From an uncultured Candidatus Saccharibacteria bacterium (lineage in GTDB: Bacteria; Patescibacteriota; Minisyncoccia; Phycocordibacterales; CAIRYW01), in assembly GCA_964446625.1 (NCBI GenBank), contig CAYUPH010000004.1:7838-71837 (forward strand): a stretch of 64,000 nucleotides of DNA, read 5' to 3'. Position 1 is the stretch's first letter; each line of letters starts with the position of its first letter. Below are positions 58,236 through 64,000 of this stretch, one piece after another. Below the pieces are notes generated by a model. That model saw only the letters and a list, made by a program, of their open reading frames with translations, was not told where the DNA came from and did not search any database. Position numbers and translations under genes: made by a program.

Positions 58236-58302
58236 AGATTAACTTTTTATATTCACTCTCCCTTCTGATACTTTTAAAGATGCATACCCTAGAACACTAA
58301 CT

Positions 58303-58708
58303 TTACAGACCAAGTTCACGCTCGAGTTGTCTCAATCTTTCTTCGTCCGCTTCCTTTCTTACGTTTGTTTCTCTTCTTTTTTTCTCTTCTTCCTGTTCTG
58401 TTTCTTGCGCAAAAATATCAACTATTTCTCCCTTTTCATTCATTGTATATACCCCAGTTATATCCCCTCTTTCAACAACTCTTTTTTCCGCCACCGCCAA
58501 AGGAGCTTCAATTTTCAAGAAAATTCTGGTTTTTGTTTATTTTCACAACCTCAGCCATCAACTCTGAATCTCCTGCGGTTTGGTATACACCTGGCTCAAC
58601 AAAAATTTTCATTCCACAAACACCAACTTCAAATGAGTTATTGCTGTGTCGCTCATCTAGCCTTTGAGCTTGGCGTGGTATTGAATAAAAACTACTCTTA
58701 TTTATCAT
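58303..58708 (-). pseudogene. possible frameshifted gene (two adjacent same-strand ORFs 58508..58708 and 58303..58518 overlapping by 11 nt)
   Basis: 66-aa and 71-aa ORFs in different frames that read as one ~135-aa product if a single frameshift near 58510-58520 is corrected. Confidence 0.35.
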
Positions 58709-58946
58709 TGTGTAATTTTAACTTAATTATTGGTTCTTAAGTACTCGGGTCATGCCGATACTTTATTTTCTTGGTGGAGGCGGAGGGAGTTTTAAAACTT
58801 ATTTTTTACAAAAAGCTAGAGCATACGATTCATTCGGGTCGGTAAATATTCTTACATTTGGAAAAAATTTTTGAATATTTTCTTTAAACTTTTCTTTTGT
58901 GGAAATAGGAGTTTACCTAAGCAAGAGCTTTACATCTGAAACAAGA

Positions 58947-59462
58947 TTAGTCACTTTCTTGTGCTCGCAAAACCTTCTCTATATTACTAAAATCATTAAA
59001 AGATTTTGGCCCCTTTTCTCCCTTCTCAATATCTGCAATGTAAAAAATATCATCTTCAAGATAATTTGTTCTTATTTCTTTTCCAACACCATTGTAAAGA
59101 CACTGAATGCGGTGTTTTTCCGAAACTGATACATGTGTATCAGAAGAAGCACTCGCCATATCCCAATCTTCCTTTTTTATTTCTTTACACTCTCCTTTAT
59201 AAGTACCAAGATCAAACTTATATGCAAGAATTCTGTTACCAAAAAAACAATAAGAATTAGTGTGTAACACTATTCTTGTATAAGGTACTTCTAAATTATT
59301 ACCTGCTTCAATCCCAGGGTCTACAAACTTTTCGAAAGTGATACTATCAGACGGATCATCAGTTTGATCATCTTTACAACCCGATATGGTCCGAGGAATT
59401 TTATAAATTAGGATTCCCGCTGTAAGTACAAGGATTGCAATAGAAATAATAACTTTTTTCAT
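58947..59462 (-). CDS. secreted/lipoprotein-like hypothetical protein
   Basis: 171 aa; signal peptide with lipobox-like ...TISGC; 4 Cys. Confidence 0.55.
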   Translation of the reverse strand: MKKVIISIAILVLTAGILIYKIPRTISGCKDDQTDDPSDSITFEKFVDPGIEAGNNLEVPYTRIVLHTNSYCFFGNRILAYKFDLGTYKGECKEIKKEDWDMASASSDTHVSVSEKHRIQCLYNGVGKEIRTNYLEDDIFYIADIEKGEKGPKSFNDFSNIEKVLRAQESD

Positions 59463-59516
59463 AAGTTTGATTATACAATATTTTGTTCAAATTTAAACAT
59501 AAAGACCTCAACGTAG

Positions 59517-59800
59517 GGAGACGGAGGGATATTCGACCCTTACAGGGTCAGTACCCCGATTGGAGATTTTATTTCCTTTCAGTCATAAAATCTGCTCAAT
59601 CGGGCTTCGAATCCCAAATAATTCGGTCAAGAACATTTTTGTCGTCAGCCACTCCAAAAATTTCTCGACCCTGGATTTTCACCCACTTTTGCTAAAGCGG
59701 GTCCCGAAAATCCTTTCGAATCCCCCACGCAAGTGCGTTTAGCACTTGCTCGTCTCTCGCAAAATCAAAACCCGCTTTCGCGGGTTGGATTTTGCGGGCT
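59517..59800. repeat. diverged third copy of the tRNA-Asp-flank module, abutting the GC-rich island
   Basis: ccttacagggtcagtaccccgattggagattttatttcc...aaaatctgctcaa...acgcaagtgcgtttagcacttgctcgtctctcgcaaaatcaaaacccgctttcgcggg aligns with 38907..39040 (ccttacaggatcagtacaccttttggtgattttgtttcg...aaaatcagctcaa...acgcaagtgccccgcacttgctcactcgcacaaaataaaaagccgccaaatttggcgg); contains tRNA T-arm-like bits (ggcttcgaatccc, cctttcgaatccccc). Confidence 0.6.
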
Positions 59801-60010
59801 ACTCGGGTATGGTACCCACACTTCCAAGCAACATAAGGGTATTTTAGCGCGTTTTCCTAAAAGGATTTAGGGTTTGTGGGTCGGGGTCACTTTTTTGAGA
59901 ATGACACACTGGTCTGGACTTCTCGCCGTTTCCGTTCTCTGTTATCGGTTTCCCCAAATGCCAACAAATGCCAATTTTCGTGACGTAATTTTTTTAGATA
60001 TAATAGGAGC

Positions 60011-60724
60011 ATGACAGTCGGCGAATTGATATACCAACAAATGAAGGATGGGTACATTCCCACAGCCCCACTCTCGGATGGGTTTATTTCGGCTGTGACG
60101 AGGAGCGCCGAGGAATCCCAGAAACTCGTAGAGACGATGCGGATACCGATGGAGAATATGCAGAGGACGCTTGAAAGAATACGCCCAAGCCTTGAGGCGA
60201 TGAATAACATAATCCCGAGGAGCCTAGCAATAGCCCCATCATTTATTCCTTCCCTATACGAAGAGGAGGACGAAGATCTCATCATCCCCGCACTCAATGG
60301 ATCGGTTCAGGAGTATGTCGTGGAGGATGCGGATGTCACCCCAGCAAGGGTTGAGCGAGCGATTTCCTCCTACCTTCTTCCTGGCAACGCCCAGTGGGGT
60401 TCGCTCATGTTTCATTTTCTCGATGGACACACTGTCCGTGTCTCGCACCCAGACATGCCCACAAAGAAATTCACCTATACGGAAATGGGTTTTGTGAACG
60501 AGAAAACGATGCTACCGGACAGAAAATGGGAAATGCTTCGAGCGATTGCTGATCGCGGCGGCTCACTCACCAAAGACAGCTGGGATTATCGCTTCCACCG
60601 CAACATAAAGTACGAACTCAACGAGGGTCTCAAGCGATTCTTCGGCATGACCGAGAACCCAATTCCTCGATACACTCGTCGGGACGGATACATGACACTC
60701 TTTGTCATTCGCGGAGACCGATAG
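60011..60724 (+). CDS. hypothetical protein, first gene of the GC-rich island
   Basis: 237 aa; preceded by TATAAT and AGGAG RBS 6 nt upstream; tandem 10-mers AAATGCCAAC/AAATGCCAAT at 59956..59975 upstream. Confidence 0.6.
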   Translation: MTVGELIYQQMKDGYIPTAPLSDGFISAVTRSAEESQKLVETMRIPMENMQRTLERIRPSLEAMNNIIPRSLAIAPSFIPSLYEEEDEDLIIPALNGSVQEYVVEDADVTPARVERAISSYLLPGNAQWGSLMFHFLDGHTVRVSHPDMPTKKFTYTEMGFVNEKTMLPDRKWEMLRAIADRGGSLTKDSWDYRFHRNIKYELNEGLKRFFGMTENPIPRYTRRDGYMTLFVIRGDR

Positions 60725-60901
60725 TCATCCTAGAAAAAATGACGATGCAAAAGACCTTTCACCGCTTTGGTAAAAGGTCTTTTGTTTGAGCGCTGATTTT
60801 GTCATTCATCGTCATTCGTGCGCGGGAAATTGTCATTTCATCATCGGATGACGAATAGGGGTAGAAGAGCATTACTAAGACCCTCTTCTGAAATTAACCC
60901 C

Positions 60902-62197
60902 ATGGCAAAAGAAAAGATCATATGGTCGCCCGCCACTCGCAAGCTCGGCGACCTGATCAAGAACGGATACAATCCGCGAAAGTTAAGCGAGAACGAACGC
61001 AGGGACTTGGAGAAGTCCGTGCAGGAATTCGGCACGGTCGTCCCGATTGTCCTCAATATCGGCACAAGAGCCAACACCATCATCGGCGGCGAACAGCGCG
61101 TGAAGGTGTATGCAGACCTCGGCATCGAGGAGATCGAGTGTATGGTGCCGTCGAGAGAGCTGTCGCTCGAGGAGGAGCGCGAACTCAACCTTCGCCTCAA
61201 TAAGAATACTGGCTCGTGGGATGAGGAACTCCTCAAGGACTTCGACATGAACGTGCTTCTTGATGTCGGCTTCGGCGACGAAGAGCTTCAGAATCTCTTT
61301 GATGACGTTGACGTGGTCGACGACGACTTTGATGTCGAGAAGGCACTCAAGGAGACGATCACTCCTAAAGTTAAGACTGGTGAGATCTGGGAACTCGGTA
61401 AGCACCGATTGTTTGTCGGTGACTCGACCGATGGCGAGTTGGTACAGAAGCTCATGGCTGGCGACCTCGCCGACATCGTGTACTGCGACCCGCCATACAA
61501 CATCGGACTCGACTACTCAAAAGGTGTCGGCAACAAAGAAAAGTACCAAGGATCGTACTCCGGCAAGGATGACTCGAAGAAGGACAGCGAATACATGGAC
61601 TTCCTCAACAAGAGCATGGAAGTGGCGAAGAGCGTCTCGAAGAAAGATGCCCACCTCTTCTACTGGTGCGACTCCTCATACATCGGGATGGTGCAGAGTC
61701 TGTACGCCAAGCACAAGGTGAACGCGAAGCGCGTCTGCCTATGGCTCAAGAATAATCAGAACCCCACCCCGAAGATTGCCTTCAACAAGATGTACGAGCC
61801 GTGCGTGTACGGAACGATCGGCAAGCCGTACCTGAACACCGGCATGAACAACGCCAACGAAATCCTCAATCAGGAGGTCACCACCGGCAATCAGGTGCAT
61901 GACGAGATATTCGACATGATCGACATCTGGATCGAGAAGCGCGACAACGCCAAGGACTACCGCCATCCAACGCAGAAGCCCGTGACCCTGAACGAGAAGC
62001 CGTTCAAGCGATGCAGTGCGCCGCTCCACATTATCTTCAGCGGATTTGCCGGAAGCGGAAGTGACCTCATTGCGGCAGAGGAACTTGGTCGTGTGTGGCG
62101 TGGGGTCGAGAAGGATCTCATCTTCGCAACCATCGTGATCGACCGATGGGAGAAGTTTACCAACCTAAAGGCCAAGAAAATCCATGAAAGCAACTAA
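60902..62197 (+). CDS. ParB/Srx-like nuclease-domain - DNA methyltransferase (N6_N4_Mtase, beta-class) fusion protein
   Basis: N-terminus KIIWSPATRKLGDLIKNGYNPRKLSENERRDLEKSVQEFGTVVPIVLN = ParB N-domain; motif IV CDPPYNIG; motif I IFSGFAGSGSDLIAAEELGR near C-terminus. Alternative upstream starts (GTG 60818, ATG 60848) exist. Confidence 0.8.
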   Translation: MAKEKIIWSPATRKLGDLIKNGYNPRKLSENERRDLEKSVQEFGTVVPIVLNIGTRANTIIGGEQRVKVYADLGIEEIECMVPSRELSLEEERELNLRLNKNTGSWDEELLKDFDMNVLLDVGFGDEELQNLFDDVDVVDDDFDVEKALKETITPKVKTGEIWELGKHRLFVGDSTDGELVQKLMAGDLADIVYCDPPYNIGLDYSKGVGNKEKYQGSYSGKDDSKKDSEYMDFLNKSMEVAKSVSKKDAHLFYWCDSSYIGMVQSLYAKHKVNAKRVCLWLKNNQNPTPKIAFNKMYEPCVYGTIGKPYLNTGMNNANEILNQEVTTGNQVHDEIFDMIDIWIEKRDNAKDYRHPTQKPVTLNEKPFKRCSAPLHIIFSGFAGSGSDLIAAEELGRVWRGVEKDLIFATIVIDRWEKFTNLKAKKIHESN

Positions 62198-62933
62198 GGG
62201 AGAAATCTTCAAAGTCGGCGACCACATCATCGCTTGCGGCGACTCGCTCGACAAAGCATTTGTCGGCAAGGTCATCGGCAAGCACAAGGTGCGGGCAGTC
62301 GTCACCGACCCGCCCTACGGAGTCGCCTATGTCGAGAACAAGCAGGGGCTGGTGAAAATCAGTACGGACGAGACGAAAGCTATCGCAAACGATCATCTTC
62401 AGAGCGAGGAGGAATACGAGGACTTCACGCGCGGGTATCTTGGCGCGGTCATTCCGTATCTCACGGAATATAACGCCGTCTACATCTTCAATGCCGACCC
62501 AATGTTCCCAAGCCTTCGCTCAGGCATGAAAGCCGCAGGCTTCTACTACAGCCAGATGATTATCTGGATCAAGAACCAGCCCGTGATGAGCCGCAAGGAT
62601 TACCTCTCCATGTATGAACTCATCGCATATGGCTGGTTCGGCAAGCACAAGATGGAGCGGTCGAAGGCGCGGAATGTCATCTACCATCCTCGCCCTACCA
62701 AATCGAAACTGCATCCGACACAGAAGCCGGTCGGTTTGTTGCGGAAGCTCATCCCGAACTCCACGAAGGTCGGCGACATTGTGTATGACCCCTTCCTCGG
62801 AAGCGGTTCAACCGCCGTTGCGTGTGAGCACTTAGGTCGAAAGTGCATCGGCATCGAGCTTGATTCGGCGTATGTCGAAAGCGCGATCAAGCGTCTTGAA
62901 AAACTCACCGGCGAAAAGGCGGTGAAGGTATGA
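62184..62933 (+). CDS. DNA methyltransferase (beta-class N4-C/N6-A, DPPY family)
   Basis: 249 aa; motif IV VVTDPPYGV, motif I YDPFLGSGSTAVACEHLGRKCIGIELD; overlaps the upstream gene by 14 nt. Confidence 0.85.
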   Translation: MKATKGEIFKVGDHIIACGDSLDKAFVGKVIGKHKVRAVVTDPPYGVAYVENKQGLVKISTDETKAIANDHLQSEEEYEDFTRGYLGAVIPYLTEYNAVYIFNADPMFPSLRSGMKAAGFYYSQMIIWIKNQPVMSRKDYLSMYELIAYGWFGKHKMERSKARNVIYHPRPTKSKLHPTQKPVGLLRKLIPNSTKVGDIVYDPFLGSGSTAVACEHLGRKCIGIELDSAYVESAIKRLEKLTGEKAVKV

Positions 62934-62937
62934 GTGT

Positions 62938-63312
62938 ATGCAGGGAGATGACTTTTCCAAGGATCCGTACAAAAAGCAGGTCTACGAAACCTACGCTCTT
63001 TGGAAGTCCCTCCCTTCATTTCTCAAGGGACAGCCGAGAGTCGCGCTTGAGAAGTTCGGGATTGAAGAGGAAACGATGTTCGAGTTGTTGGCGATAAAGA
63101 CACAGCTCGACTTCTCACGAAAGTACGAGGTCGATACCGGCACGCTCTCTGACTGGAACAAGCGTCTTGAAAAAGACGGACTGGTCAAAGACTTGAACGC
63201 ATGGGCGCGCAAGCTCACGCCAAACGTCATGTTCGCCCTCTATAAGAACATCATCAAGAGCGGTCGAGCGCATGAAGTACGAGCATGGTTTGAGATCGTA
63301 GAGAATTACTAA
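62938..63312 (+). CDS. hypothetical protein (island)
   Basis: 124-aa ORF, 4 nt after preceding stop. Confidence 0.5.
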   Translation: MQGDDFSKDPYKKQVYETYALWKSLPSFLKGQPRVALEKFGIEEETMFELLAIKTQLDFSRKYEVDTGTLSDWNKRLEKDGLVKDLNAWARKLTPNVMFALYKNIIKSGRAHEVRAWFEIVENY

Positions 63313-63313
63313 T

Positions 63314-63508
63314 ATGGAAACGATTAAACTAGAAGAGATTAATACCATTCTCTCCGACACTCTCCGCAAGGTGGTGTCGCGGGAGATATCGCTCAAGCAG
63401 GCATCCATGATCGCCAAGCTTGCCTCGGCATTGTCGCGCAACATTGCCAACACCGAGCTGAAGGAACGGGTCGAGTTCCTCGAGAGTGTGCTCCAAAAGA
63501 CGAGATAA
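63314..63508 (+). CDS. small hypothetical protein (island)
   Basis: 64-aa ORF starting 1 nt after preceding stop. Confidence 0.45.
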   Translation: METIKLEEINTILSDTLRKVVSREISLKQASMIAKLASALSRNIANTELKERVEFLESVLQKTR

Positions 63509-63513
63509 CCTAT

Positions 63514-64000
63514 ATGAGAAACCTCAGCAACATCATCAAGCGTTCCAACCTCACCCCGTTCGAGCGGGTGGCGACATTGGTGCGTCACAACACTCATAAG
63601 CAGAAGACCGGCAAGGATTTGCTGACTGAAGCTCAGCTCCACAACCTCACTCAAGGATGGTCAGCCCAGAGAGGAGAAGCGAACGAGTACAACCGGTATC
63701 TTGAGATCGCTCGCTTAGAGAATTCAATGAGCATTGATGCGACGACTTTCTCGTATAAGTCTGAGCTGTCCGTAGTGCGCCAGCAGCGGGTACTCGCGTA
63801 CAGTCTTGAGAACATAAAGAAAGACAAGAAGTTCCATATTGAGATGATGATGGAGGGACTGACCGAGGAGGAGTGCCTCCGGTTTGCGCTCGCTCATACA
63901 TACCTTGATTACCGAGACACGCTTCATTTCTTCACGTTCGAGAACTTGCCGCTTGAAGTGCGGCAGGACTTGGCGCTTCTCGATGACTCGGTTGGTTTCA
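63514..64000 (+). CDS. hypothetical protein, 3'-partial (continues past window end)
   Basis: ATG 63514; open through position 64000 (MRNLSNIIKRSNLTPFERVATLVRHNTHKQKTGKDLLTEAQL...). Confidence 0.55.
   Translation, partial: MRNLSNIIKRSNLTPFERVATLVRHNTHKQKTGKDLLTEAQLHNLTQGWSAQRGEANEYNRYLEIARLENSMSIDATTFSYKSELSVVRQQRVLAYSLENIKKDKKFHIEMMMEGLTEEECLRFALAHTYLDYRDTLHFFTFENLPLEVRQDLALLDDSVGF

Larger units (their letters stand above)
59880..64000 (+). mobile_element. GC-rich (~55-58%) foreign island, probable prophage/integrative element early region (continues past window end)
   Basis: Abrupt composition shift at ~59.88 kb; tightly packed/overlapping plus-strand genes; ParB-domain-methyltransferase fusion and second orphan methyltransferase are typical phage/plasmid cargo; adjacent to tRNA-derived repeat module. 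Confidence 0.7.

Noticed and set aside
59887-60297. Minus-strand 136-aa ORF at the island boundary
   Set aside because: Begins with poly-Ser low complexity, overlaps the well-supported plus-strand gene 60011..60724 and its promoter/RBS.
60841-63927. Multiple long minus-strand ORFs (e.g. 60841..61248, 60983..61405, 61739..62029, 63115..63654) within the GC-rich island
   Set aside because: High-GC DNA generates long stop-free antisense frames; the plus-strand genes carry clear ParB and methyltransferase motifs and tight start/stop coupling.

Overview
The window is low-GC (about 38-40% by eye) and densely packed, with most genes on the minus strand. The gene content looks like an uncultivated monoderm, CPR/Patescibacteria-like bacterium: gatCA, a Cheo-box LexA, a type IV pilus cluster without a secretin, no purine pathway and many small hypothetical genes. 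That placement is an inference.

Main blocks, in order:
- 1-6.3 kb: cell-surface protein genes. Two tandem paralogous PD40 (TolB-like) beta-propeller proteins, the first running off the window edge, a secreted TVNVTNTNG-repeat protein, and a peptidoglycan-binding protein with a poly-acidic tail.
- 6.9-10.7 kb: an unusual two-component operon. It has a cytoplasmic PAS histidine kinase, two single-domain receivers, an OmpR-type regulator, a translationally coupled 62-aa stand-alone HisKA/DHp-like protein and a 36-aa Lys-rich ORF.
- 10.7-14.5 kb: two more repetitive secreted proteins (DUF11 with poly-Glu, and a Ser-rich protein with duplicated termini).
- 14.6-16.4 kb: a lexA-Y-family polymerase SOS cassette with a perfect Cheo box (CGAACATTTGTTCG).
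- 16.5-30.3 kb: an accessory stretch ending at tRNA-Gln. It holds an ATP-grasp enzyme, an LMW-PTP/ArsC, a beta-helix protein with a peptidoglycan-binding domain, two PhnB/VOC paralogs, an EEP nuclease, SAM methyltransferases, a NUDIX hydrolase and one sharply GC-rich PurM-like gene.
- 30.8-35.3 kb: housekeeping genes (pyrG, ftsEX, an unframeshifted prfB, tRNA-Thr).
- 37.7-39.3 kb: a tRNA-Met/tRNA-Asp locus preceded by tandem att-like repeats. Each repeat ends in a copy of the tRNA-Asp 3' end, one repeat carries a P-loop kinase gene, and a membrane HEPN protein lies just beyond.
- 40.1-44.6 kb: gatCA and ligA, with a GC-elevated YdjM-like gene on the opposite strand.
- 44.6-57.6 kb: a complete type IV pilus/competence cluster (pilM, pilN, pilO, pilB, a receiver, pilT, pilC, three pilins, pilD, four minor pilins, comFC). 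No secretin is present.
- 59.5 kb onward: a diverged copy of the tRNA-flank module, then an abrupt switch to about 55-58% GC. This tightly packed plus-strand island encodes a ParB-domain-DNA methyltransferase fusion, a second beta-class methyltransferase and hypothetical genes. It is probably a prophage or integrative element.

No CRISPR array, rRNA or reverse transcriptase was seen.
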